In this document: in pieces, positions 28,211-39,742 of the stretch
How the letters are laid out: every line of letters starts with the position of its first letter
Position numbering within the stretch: the stretch's first letter is position 1
From: Klebsormidium nitens
Taxonomy: Eukaryota > Plantae > Klebsormidiophyceae
Reading direction: 5' to 3'
Length of the DNA: 64,000 bases
NCBI GenBank assembly: GCA_000708835.1
Contig: DF236967.1
Coordinates: 62,001-126,000, forward strand
Program-made: the position numbers and the translations under genes
The notes under the pieces: model-generated
Seen by the model: the letters and a program-made list of their open reading frames with translations, nothing else
Told to the model about the DNA's origin: nothing
Database searches by the model: none

Positions 28211-31200
28211 TCAAGTCCGATAAGTTTCATTTGTTTCAGGCGAGCACATGCAATCTGGTCCTGGATAGGTGTAGATAGACTGTCCCTTTTTTCTCAATTT
28301 TACTTGCCCAACTCGGGACGCGTGCCCTTTGTGCACTCGCTCAGAGAACTCTTTCCACCCAATGCTTGAGTTGGACCACAGCTGAGCGAGCAACACATTG
28401 TCCGGATTGATTGTTTTCTTTGGTCCGAGGAACATCCGATGGCCGCCCTGCGCATAAAAGGATGCAACTTCGTTCATGCGCCTTTGCCCAACGCATAGCA
28501 TACTGAGGGCGTTGGAATGCAGCGCAAATGCTACAAAGCATAGCTGGTAATGCAGCAAGACTCGGCTTCAGAACAATTACAAGGGTTTTGGGAAGGCCCC
28601 ATGACGAAGGTTTTGTTCACACAACACGAAGTTGGTTGAAAGGCGTGTGCGAATGAAAAGGCGTTAACAATATGAAATGGGTTGAGAGACTGCCAATAGT
28701 AAAGCACGGTGAGCGTGTTTGATGGGGCACATCGTCAAGGCGCAAAGCAAGCTCCAAGCCGTGCAAACAATGCACAACCATGATTCTACACAACCGAAGG
28801 CACCGGAAAAATACAGAAACTCGGGAAAGGGGAATCAAATTGGGTGGTGAAGCCGTACCAGCACGTTGTGCATGTTGCCTGCCGCTGCAGACACCATGAC
28901 GTCAGCTTGAAGCAGCACGTGGTAGTCGAGCGCTGCGAGGCGCGATGCATGCCCCTCGAACCATGCCAGCTCGGCTGCGGACGCCAGAGCGTACTTGTCA
29001 CGGACGTGCGGAAAGAGCGTCCGCAACGGGGCCAGCCGCGCCTCGCCGCCATACACCTGGCAAGGGCCCGAGCAGGCGGGTCATGCGATGGCGCCACGTG
29101 GCAGACGGTGGGGTTGCAATAAAGGCTGCTGGGTGGAGGCGCAGCGTTGGAAGACTGGTGTCGCACAAGTAGGAAACAGCGCCGCAAATGAGCAATCGAG
29201 GGGAGGGTTCGGGGACAGATGACTTACAGTGCTTTAAATCAAGAACCTCTCGGCGTCAATCAAATAATTGCCAGAAATGGAATAAAATTGAAGAGGAAAA
29301 GGCCTCCGTATGGGCTTCCAAATCATCCAACCACCACATTGGCGCAGCCGAAGCACTGGCTGCTTCAAGCTCATCCTGAATCTCAAAGCTGTCAAAATCT
29401 GGCCGTGTCCGTTCTGGAGATTCTGTCAAGCCGACGCCACTTTTGCGGCTCTCTCGTGGGGACATTCTGTCCAGATGGCATGTGGACACGAAGAAGCACA
29501 TGAATGCACAACAACCACCAAAAAGGCTTTGGAGCGACACGAAGCCCTTCATCCTTACGTCGTACGACGCCAGGTATATCCTGGTGTCGGGCGAGAAGCC
29601 AACCCCGGCCAAAAAGAGCCCTGTCTCTTCTGGCGTCATCGGGCACTTCCCGGTTCGCCGCAGCTCCTCTTCCGAGTGCTGAACCTTCTCGACTCGCCCC
29701 TGCACAGCGCCCAAGAACAACATTTAATGATCTGCGCCGCGAAAGCAGTGGAAGCAGAGTTGACGGATCTCAAAGCCACTTCTCTTTCGAGTGCTGAAGC
29801 TTTTCGACGCGCCACAGCGTGGTGTCCAAGGACAGGAGTCAAATGGTGCAATTGTTGGGGGTTAGAATTTGACACAACTCAACTTCAACACATGGAGACG
29901 GAACCAAGACACGTCTTTAACAGCCGACGGGGAGTTAAACTTGTTCAAGGGCATGCCTGAACGAGCAACGCAGTCAAAGCGTGCTTCGGAGGGCTTGAGC
30001 GGGTCAAGGGCGATGAACTCTTCTCTCCTACAGGTGAATGGTAAAGCACTCTACAAAAGCCTCAAAGAACATGCACAACTCATCGTCAAATGAAGCTGAA
30101 TACGACACCAGCCGATCTTGAGCGACAGATAACTGCTTCCCGCATCAAAACGAAATTCTTGTGTCTTCTCGGATCCCTAGTACGGGACGCCAGAAATGCT
30201 CTCAATAGCGATCGGTACGCCTTCCTTTTGTCTTTTCCACTGCATCTTTGTCGCCAGAATGAGGCGCATCCAAGCAATCCCTGAGTTGGGCTCTTTCCCT
30301 CGTCTAGACCGCCGGAGCTCTTGCCCTTGAAGTCGCAAACACTAAGCACAGTATCCAAACCCGTGCCCCTTGTCGCAATTCGCAGCAAGCTTCGCTAAGC
30401 CCCCGCACTCAACCCACCTGCCACGCATACTCTCGATACCGCCTGAGCTCTCTCCGCTCCCGCCACCCCCCCCCGAAGTAGCACGCCGAATGCGCTGCCA
30501 TGTCCTTATCGAACCGCAGGTGGAGCGCCAGGAACCGGGCTTTCCCGGGGGGATCCCCCGCGGGCGCTTCCGGGCCTGAACGGTCGCTCTGCATTCGTTG
30601 CACAATCTCATCTCCTAGCTGCACAACAACAGCTAGGAAACACGCGTTAGACGGACTGACTCGCCTTTGTTTCTGCTCCTCACATCTCCAAGATAGTCGA
30701 GATCCGGCTCTTGGGCCAGTCCTTGGCCAGATGAAAAACCTCAGCGCATCAACTACGGACTTGTCAAGAAAACGGCCGGGCCATTTCCCTGATCGTCCTT
30801 GTGCACTTGTGGGCGGTTCCGATAAGCGGCGATCACGTGCGAAGCAGTGAAGCCACGTGTTCATACCGGCAGACATGCTGACCTGGCGAATGGGCTTAAT
30901 GAAGCGGAGCGCCTCGAAATTGGCGCGGCAGCGCAGCTTTTGCAGGTTAGCGTCTAGGCCGTCGAATGCGAGGCGGTGGGAGAAGGGCGCGATAGCCACG
31001 ATGCCGTACCTAAGAGGTTGACACGTGGCGGATCAGATGCACGATCTGCGGGACAAGAAGGCGTCGCTGCGGCATACAAGCTCATTTGTTTGATAGGCTG
31101 TGTGTAATTTTTGCATAGTTTTGAGGTTTCAGTGCAACCAAAATCAGCGCTAGATGGTTCCCTTGGGGCTCACGCCGTCTTAGGCACTGCCATCTCACTT

Positions 31201-33910
31201 GGTGGATTTCAGAAGGTAAGCTTAGGCTAGTCGGGGAGGCAACCGAACTCAAACTTGAAGCGTAACAAGGAGACGGCCACATAAACGACACGCTTTCACA
31301 AGCTTTGGCGATGATTTCAATGAGGGTTCCGCATTGATTCAGCCCTGAAATTTCGCCAGGCTTGTCCTCGAACCCTTCTCTTTCCGTTTCGCCAATCGAC
31401 CGGAAAAGATTCTTTGGAGAAGCTTTTGACCAGGCTTGCGGGACGATCCCAGCTCGTCGGTGCACAAGATCAAAGTCGACTTTGCAAAGCAGCACTTATC
31501 TCCAATACGGAACCAACCATGGAACGGCTAGTGAACGAGGTGGCGAAGAACAGGCAACGACAACAAGACAACGGACAAACGTCGGAATCCAAAGACTCGA
31601 AGAACGAAGGCTCACTCTTTGAGCAGCGGCAGCACGTTGTCTTTGTACCACTCGGGCGGCGCGTGCAGCGGGGCGTCCTTGACCCGGTTAGGCCGGATGC
31701 CGGTGGCGAAGTACTCGCGGGTGTTCCAGTGGAGGCCCCAGGGGGGGGACGTGATGACGTGGACGTCGTCAGAAAGAGTGGTGATGAAGTGGGTGACGTC
31801 AAAGATCTCGCCAAAGGAGCTGCAGCAGAGGGAAGGGTGAGCTCAAACGCACTCTTCGGGCAGCTGTGCACGACCGAGGGGGAGCGCAGAGCCTTCCTTT
31901 TCATGGTTGCGTATTTCAATCAGCGCCACTTCGAAGGATGGGGGGACAAAGCTTCTCGCCGCTTTTTCGCTTCGCCGGGCTTGCAGTGCTTCGTGGGTAT
32001 TTCAGACGGCAGAGCCGGCCTTCCCTTCGAAGCACAGACGTAAGCACGCAGTAATCTTTCCACGAGGGCAGAAGTAACTCCCTTTGTCCGAACAAAAACG
32101 CTTTTCACATAGGACTTTAACCAAAGAACAAGTCGCACCTATCGTCGTTCCAGACGGGGTTGATGTCCAGCTCCGGTAACACAAGGACTGCGTTCAGCAA
32201 CCGCGCCACAACCACAGCGTTGCTTATCTGTCAGGAGCGCACAAGATCAGACAGTGAGTACTGGATGAACGGATGCAGGACTGGAAGGACGCCTTCTTGC
32301 AAGAGGCTACAACTGAAGAGTTACCTGGAAGAAGTTTGTGCCGCATGAGTGTTGAGCTTCTGTACAACAATATTCTCCTCAGCGAAGTCCCCGTTGAAAA
32401 AGGCTGCATGAACAACAACCAAACAGCCAAGCTGAAACTGGAAGAACCAGCATAAGATAAACGGCCAGTACACCCTCAAAACGTATGCCATCAGGAAGGG
32501 GTCAGCAGTGACTGTGAGACTTACGCCCCTATTTACATTGACATTCAGATACAACACCTTAAAGGGAAATGACTTACCCCAATGCGTTGCTGATTCAGGC
32601 CCCCCTCAAGAAAGACTTGCAGAAAGCCAGACTTGCCAATGACCATCTCCCCAATGAGCATTCTCTCCAATCCTGCAAAGCCATATCGAACGCTCCGAGT
32701 GAGAAAGAGCATGGACCTGAAGATGCTCTGGCTGGACGTGCAGGGGCAATCAATGCGGGTCAGCTTAACGGGTCTCTTGACGAAGTAGATGAGCGCAGAA
32801 ATAGGTGCACGGAGCGTCGAGCCTCGCATACTGAGCTGGGATAGTTAGACCTACAGCAACACAGTGGCTATACTGCAACAGGCGAAGCAATGAAAATCAG
32901 ACACTGTGCATAGATAGTGCCAATTCAGAGCATTTGGCCAAGTAAGGACGGGACAGGCTCAGACAGCTCACGGTGGTAGGGCTCAATGGGACGTGTGCAA
33001 GCTGCCCAGCCCTCAGGATTGGGTGGGTCCTGCCATAGCGTCTGCTCAGTAGCCACTACCTGCGGCAAGTATTCTTCAATATCAGGGGAAGGTTCTGAAA
33101 GGAAAGAGGCGATGAACAAGTAACAAGGAGAAGAGACATGTGGTTCACATCCTGGAGTGCACACGGGGCACTGTGTAGGTGTGCTGAGAACATGAGATGA
33201 TATCGTCTGGGAAAAGCCAATCCTGATGTCCAAAGCTGTTGGTGATAGCTGCCTTTCTCCTGAGGGTGTTGAAAAGGACGAGAGGGCAAGCCCCGACACT
33301 CACCGACCCCCCTGCCGCCACTCTGTCTTCCCATAGCTCACTATGCACGATCAGGGGCGCCTTCCTCCACTGCAAGAACATGGGCAGACTTTAGCATCTT
33401 CTGTAAGAGTGATGTCAGCTTGAGGATGCAGGGAGTACAATGCTGGCAAAGAGACCTGATGATCAGTTGTGTGAACATCAGCAGAACTGGACCTTCATTG
33501 TGAAACGAGGTCATGCTAGCAAGACAGAGGACCCTTAAAAAGGGAAGGACTCTTGTGTAGGCAAAAACACTACATGATTGTGAGCCTACCACAAGCAGGG
33601 ATGACTGGGGAAAGCGATGCAGAAACTGTTGGGCCTTTCGGGTTACCAAAGCTTGAGCGAGCTCTGAAATGCCACTTATTCTTGACGTGGCCAGCCGGCG
33701 AATCAGCGGCACAGTTTGTTCAAGGCATACCTGAAAAAGGTGGCTGCCTAGGAAAAGGCCTCCAAGAGCGCAAAGCAGGACAACGAGCACGGCAACTTCT
33801 CTGAAAGTGTAGCTCCTCCATACTCGCACCTTGAGCAATCGCCTCAGCTGGCGAAATACTCGCTTCCTCTTGACTTTCAAAACACCAAAGGGTGACGGCT
33901 GAGGAGCCAT
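28211..33910 (-). CDS. O-fucosyltransferase-family (DUF246/GT106) type II membrane glycosyltransferase. Exons 33731..33910, (one or two small unresolved exons 33100-33700), 32972..33094, 32578..32672, 32139..32227, 31616..31819, 30883..31009, 30418..30618, 29559..29699, 28859..29056, 28211..28447
   Basis: N-terminal basic tail and TM helix (VAVLVVLLCALGGLFL); GGLNQQRIG; NAVVVARLLNAVLVLP; FEALRF; ALHLRFDKDMAAHSAC; GKCPMTPEE; AALDYHV; terminal YTYPGPDCMC. From memory it resembles Arabidopsis At4g24530/At5g65470. Confidence 0.9.
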
Positions 33911-34007
33911 TCTGTTGATAGCTCATGCTAGCGGATGCCAGTGGCATTCAAGGCGCCCATTCTTGCCAGCTTCGTTGCATTTGAGATCTAGAGACCTCCA
34001 CACTGCA

Positions 34008-34036
34008 TTTAGGGTTTGGGGGTACCAGAACCCTAA
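34008..34036. promoter_or_regulatory. Two oppositely oriented telo-boxes (TTTAGGGTTT 34008-34017; AACCCTAA 34029-34036) in the divergent OFUT/amylase promoter
   Basis: Match to the plant AAACCCTA(A) telo-box within the 437-bp gap between two divergent ATGs. Function is inferred. Confidence 0.35.
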
Positions 34037-34347
34037 TATCCGTACTCAGGCAGCTCAGATGCACCAACTCCTTTGAAAAGTTGAAGTCCTATTCGCTTGT
34101 GCTGCATCCGATTCCTGTGATTCTGAGAGCTGAAGTTTGCTCATTCCGCTTCTTGCTTCGTCAGATCTGTGAGAAGGTGCGGTTGCAGGCAAGCCTTCGT
34201 CGCAATGGGAGGAGGGGGGCTTGCATTTGATATGTTGTGCACATTTCTGCAACCAATGCCGCTGTAACAGCGGTGGCGTTTTGCGCGTCCTCCTTGGCGA
34301 TCAAGTGGTCCCCTATTGGCCACCAGCAAGCGAGCAGTTAGAGAAAA

Positions 34348-37300
34348 ATGAAGTGCTCACAATCTTGTCTCGTTGTCTTTGTGGTCTTTGTTCTTGTGTC
34401 AGATGCAGCATGTCTGCAGGTTACTAGAGATGTGCCACCACTCAAAGACACAGAGTGGTCAGCAGTCCAAGGTGAAGCCCATGCAGCCACAAGCACGCCG
34501 CATTTTCTTGGGCCAGGAGTTTGTCGTGTGGCGGCAGAGTGGACGAGCAGGAGCATCTATGAGATCGTGGTCGATCGGTTCGCACCCGACCAGAGCATCA
34601 CTCTTTGGTGTGGTGATCTGTCAAAGTGAGACAACAACCTTCGTTCTGGACTTGGAGATCTAACCCATGACCCAATCAAGTTACATTTGACACACCCTTG
34701 CAAAGTGATGATCAGGGGCTGTAACCAGCTTTCAAATCATGTCGTGACTGGTTGCCGCAATTTGAGCTGAGGCGACGGGCCCTGATGTTATGGTCGTGGA
34801 AGTCTTGGCAACGAGTGATCCAGATTAATGTTCCTGGGTTTGTCAATCTTTTTGGTTTAACGTGACAACAAAGTGGCTCCATCTATAACAAAGAAGGCCC
34901 AAGGATCCCCATTCTGCTGATTTCTATGTGCGACTAAGCCGCCTTGTTTTTGCATTGAGATCTGACAAACCGAGTACCGTACATTTCCAACACAGCTGGC
35001 CAGCTGTTCACTCGCGCAGTTTGACCAAGTCCAGGGGTCTCATACACTCTTGGAAGTTCAAGGCAAACTGAGCGCACGTCCTGCAGGTATTGTGGGGGCA
35101 CCTTTGCAGGCATCACCGACAGGCTCGACTACATCCAGGGCATGGGCTTTGATGCTATTTCTATCTCCCCAGTCATTGAAAATGTCGATGGAGGGTATCA
35201 CGGTAAGCCATTTGTCCCGCCTTTTCGCTAGCTGCGACCAGGTTTCGAGTTTCTCAAGTCTTCACTTATGCAACGTTTTTCAAAGTCTTCATGGAAATCG
35301 GAAATTTTTGAACTTGTAAGCAAATCTTTGAGACTCGAAACTCCCAAGGATCTTTATAGGAATTGCAAAACTCGAGGTTCTGAAGCAGTTGTATGACTGC
35401 AGGTTATTGGCCTAAGGACTTGTTCAACCTGAACGGTCACTTTGGAAGTGCAACCAGCCTCAAGTGAGTCCAGCTTCTACAGCAACGGGCTGCAATTTTT
35501 TGCAACTTATGACTCTAGCTGAACAGTTTGCTTATCAATTACTGGAAGTTCCGAATAGCCTGCTTCATTTTCATGCGATACCTCATCATCCCTTACCTTA
35601 ATAATATGCTGGTCGGATTTTCTGATGACTTATCTTCCATCCTTTGTGCGTACTTTCTTCGCCACCAACCGTAGACCTAATGTAGTAGCACAATGTTGCA
35701 GGCGTTTGATCCAAGAGTGCCATTCGCGGGGCATCTGGGTCATGGTCGATGTTGTCATGAACCACATGGGCGGCGTGACCGACACGCTCGTCCAGAACTT
35801 CTCCCCCTTCAACGAGTCAAGCCACTACCACGACTGCTACTACAACTGCTGTGGCAACTGCGGTTGCTGCTCGACCCAAGTCAAGGACTGCAAGGAGGTG
35901 GGCCGACTTAGAAAAGTATCTAGAAAGACCCCACACAATGCCATAGTAGTCTGCCCGATGCAGAGTTGTTTGCATAGGACATCTCAATAGCTAAAAGCAG
36001 CTTTTCAAACTTAATGACGATGACTCACAAGCTGGCAACGCAGTCAAAGGCACTGGGCCAGTCTTCGCGCTTGGTAGATTGGCGCGTACGAAATACTCTT
36101 ACCTCGTGACAACTTCTGCTCAAACGACTGCAACGGTCGAAGCCTTTCGGTTTGTCGGATTTGATTTGTAAATTTTTCTCATGAATCTGGTTCTCATTAC
36201 GCAGGAGGATACCTTCACCACCGAAAGTTGCCGAGTCTCCCCGCACTTGATCGATTTGGACCAGAGCCACCCGTATGTGGAGCAACGCCTCCTGGAGTGG
36301 CTTCACTGGATCGTGTCCGAGTTTGGCTTCGACGGGCTGCGCTTTGACGCCGTCAAGCACGTCAGCAAATCCTTCTGGAAGAAGTTGAAGGTGGGCAGTC
36401 TTTATCCCGCCCACTTCGCACAAGACAGGAGCCGTTGAGTTGTTCGGACCTTATTCATGTTCGACGAGCCGGCTAAGCGGTAAACTCGAGGACCCGGCCG
36501 TTTGCATCTGTTTTGGCCAGTGGCGCGCTCAACGATCGAGTCAACTTTTGATTCGAAATGACACTGTGACACTGACTCCTCTCAAGCTTCCAGACAAAGC
36601 GTCGTACATGCGGAACTGCTTAGCAAAGCGTTGATTTCGGTGCTCAGTCTTGCCATAGGGAGTGGTCCAGAGCGCGCTTGTTTTGCCAAGGCTCGTGCAC
36701 CTAAGCAGCCATAACTGCACTTCGAGTCCCCCCCCGTTATTGGCCGGAACGTCCCGAGTCAAGCCGAATCAAACTGACTGTACCTGCCGCCTTGCTGATC
36801 GGGCTCGATGTCGTGTTCGTATTTGCAGGCCTCCAGCCCCTGCTTTTTCCTGGGCGACGTCCCCACTGACTCGGCCTGCTTCCTCGCGAGTTACCAGAGC
36901 GCGCGCACAATGGACGGACTTCTCGACCACCCAACGGCCGCCACGTTGCGGTCGGTCTTCGGCAAGGCCGCCCCGATGACGCTGCTCGCAGCACAGCTGC
37001 AAACGACGCGCGACGCGTTTGTGAACGGATCCACCGCCCTGTTGGGCACGTTCCTCGACACTCACGCGTTGCCCCGCTTCCTTGCATTTCAGCCCAACCA
37101 GTCACTTCTCAAAGGCGCGTTGGCATGGACGTTTTTGTCCCAAGGGATTCCAGTTATGTATTATGGGACGGAGCAGGGGCTCTCCGGAGGTGCTGATCCG
37201 GAAAACCGGGAGCCTCTATGGTACTCCGGTTTTAATAGTCGAGCTGGTTTGTACTCGTATGTGAAACAATTGCAAGAGGTGAGGAAAGAGTACCGGGTAT

Positions 37301-37569
37301 GGGAGCATGAGCCCGTGCACGTTCATGCAGAGGAGGGGCTTTACATGTTCATGAGGGGCCCCTTGCTTGTCGTTCTGACCAACTCAATAAATGGGGGTGA
37401 GTTCGAGGGTGTTCTTGAACGGTCCAAGTCAAATGAAAGCAAGTTTTGTGACATTCTTGCCGAGCAGCCAAGCGTGGATTGCTTCGACGTGCCCGAACCC
37501 GGGCACAAACTGAAGCTTTCCGTACAGGGATACAGTACAAAAGTCTATGCTCCTTTCACTGTTAGATAG
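34348..37569 (+). CDS. Secreted fungal-type (GH13_1/Taka-amylase-like) alpha-amylase homolog with a degenerate catalytic triad, ~525 aa. Exons 34348..34625, 35087..35202, 35403..35463, 35702..35897, 36205..36390, 36829..37569
   Basis: Hydrophobic signal peptide; [15 protein letters not shown]; [24 protein letters not shown]; GYHGYWPKD; region [11 protein letters not shown]; region [13 protein letters not shown]; [12 protein letters not shown]; DPENREPLW. Region III reads FFLGDV (E>D) and region IV reads [10 protein letters not shown] (D>A). Confidence 0.9.
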
Positions 37570-38668
37570 GAAGGTACCTAGTTATATAGTGAAGCACGCT
37601 TAAGGTACATGCAAAAGGAGAGAGCTAACGTTAGTGCAAGCAGTGCATTCGTTGGATTCGTCCTGTAAAGAACATCTTTGCCCCTTGATTTAGAAAAAGG
37701 ACAATCTTTTATAGATTGTCATCCTTCTACCGGTCTTATGTTCGTAGTGACCACAATAAGGAGCATCTTGTAATGCACATGTGTTGCATCAACTTGAAGG
37801 CACCAAAGTATAGTTCGTGTTTTTTGCTCTGTGGATAATCCAATCCGACGCCTATATGGCTAGGTATAGTCAAAGTAGGCTCTCTTACAATTGGAGGAAG
37901 CGACTTCCTGGAGCAATCGGGTGCGTTGAATCCTATTTACGTCCCCAATTACCGAGCACAAATCATGTATGCACACTGATGAATCACATACGGTGTAATT
38001 CAACGACGGTTTGTTGCCAGCAATCAACCACTGAACTTAGTTGGCGGTAAAATGTATACCACTGAGTACCTCTTAAATACCACACTCGTGAAAAACACGC
38101 CAAGTCCGACTAGCTAGCAATCGGCTTCAATTAGACCTATAGGCCCTCGCTCCCGCAGGCCGCTGTCAATATCATCGACTTGTGTTGAAGATGCAGCATG
38201 GCTTGCATACGTCTAGCTGATTCCAACCCTCCCCGAAACTTTCCGATATCCAAGTTACATTTTAAGAAGTAATTAACGAGTCCGTTGAACTTGTACTTGT
38301 ACGACGGTGCTATAGAAATACGTTGAGTGAATCTATATATCTTCAAAATATACTTCAACTAAGTACAGGGCCCCGGCCATGCAGCATGCTTTGATCACGG
38401 GTCATGCAGTGCACTGCCCTCGTGGTGCCGAACATGCTCGCGATCATTGGAAGGTTCATTACAACAGTCACAACATTGAACGTCATAGGAGGAATGCACA
38501 TAACAAGTGCTGGCACCACGGCCCGTGGCATTTGGATCATTAATTTGGATCTGGTGCATGGGGGCCGGGCGCGCCAAATGAGTCATTTCCGAACCCTGGT
38601 CTTCGATACCTACACAATGGTTTCTCTTGACCCCATCCCTAGTGCCGCTAATACTACTAAATAGGAGT

Positions 38669-38860
38669 AGTCTCGATTTCATGTTGAATTACGGCTATGT
38701 TGAGTTAGGTCATGCCCGGGGGACGGGTGGGGTTGGTTTGGGGGTTTAGGGTGGGTACGGGTGCGGAGCATGTTAACATTGGGTTTAGGTTTTTAGTTTG
38801 TTTGCGCCCGGGATACTGATCTAACTCAACATACACCCAACTCAACATAAAATCGAGACT
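38669..38860. mobile_element. MITE-like foldback element, ~192 bp, with ~52-bp imperfect terminal inverted repeats and a G/T-rich core containing TTTAGGG
   Basis: Left arm 38669-38720 AGTCTCGATTTCATGTTGAATTACGGCTATGTTGAGTTAGGTCATGCCCGGG versus the reverse complement of 38807-38860 AGTCTCGATTTTATGTTGAGTTGGGTGTATGTTGAGTTAGATCAGTATCCCGGG. No clean TSD. Confidence 0.6.
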
Positions 38861-39074
38861 TATACAAATAGGTAGATGTGAAAAGAACTCGAGTACCAGT
38901 GTACAGTCTATGGTAACAGTAAAGACGGCACGAGTACCGTACAGTATTGAACAGGCGCCTGGCGGACCGCAGAACTTCGCGATGGACGAAATCGCAGCGG
39001 ATCTGAACAGAAGGACTCCAGTCTGCAAAGTTTAGCTAGGGGGTCGCAAACTTTGGCAGGACAGGTTCCGATAC

Positions 39075-39082
39075 TAGGGTTT
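39075..39082 (-). promoter_or_regulatory. Telo-box (AAACCCTA) upstream of the Wali7-like gene
   Basis: TAGGGTTT on the + strand, ~670 bp upstream of the ATG at 39743. Short motif; function is inferred. Confidence 0.25.
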
Positions 39083-39742
39083 GGACAAACCGGGCCTAAC
39101 TGACAATAAACGGAAGATCTCGAGCGTTCATTTTTTTGACGTCAAAATCTGGACGGCAACGCCGCGATTCTTGGTCGTCCCCCAGCTATTCTGGGGTTCT
39201 GCGGCCCGCCTGTGAAATACCGGTACTGGCCGGACGCTATCCAGCTTCCGGTTACTCAAGAATGCTCGTTGACGCTTGCGGTCCAACTTATCAACGGTTC
39301 TGAGTGTTTCAATGGGTACCTTGAGCGTCAGATGGCTACAGTAAGAATCACGTGACGGACCGCTGGCATGCACGCTCTAGGTCTCCTCTTTCAATAAGTT
39401 GTACTGATCTGTACTGCATTGATAGTACGTCCACCTGCGTTTTCTCATGTGAACAGCTTTGGGTACGTATTTGCAGAATCTACGAAGTTACAGTAGTGAC
39501 GAGTCTTCCAGGGCGCAAATGACGGCTGCTAAAGTTGTGTTAACATTAGAAGGGCGACGTTAGCCTTCGAGGTAAGGGGCTTACCTATTTCTGGAGAAGA
39601 CGTCATTCTTGGGAGAGGGGCCTGTCGAAAACTGTTGCATTGGAGGTGCTGTTCATGCTTGAGCTGAATGCGGCGTCCTCCGAGCTAAGCTCTTTCTGCG
39701 GGGGAGCTTTTTCAAGCACCATAAGAGAAGTTCAGAATCGCC

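Noticed and set aside
38714-38812. GCCCGGG direct repeats as a target-site duplication
   Set aside because: CCCGGG is palindromic and forms the inner end of the larger inverted repeat, so it is not a TSD.
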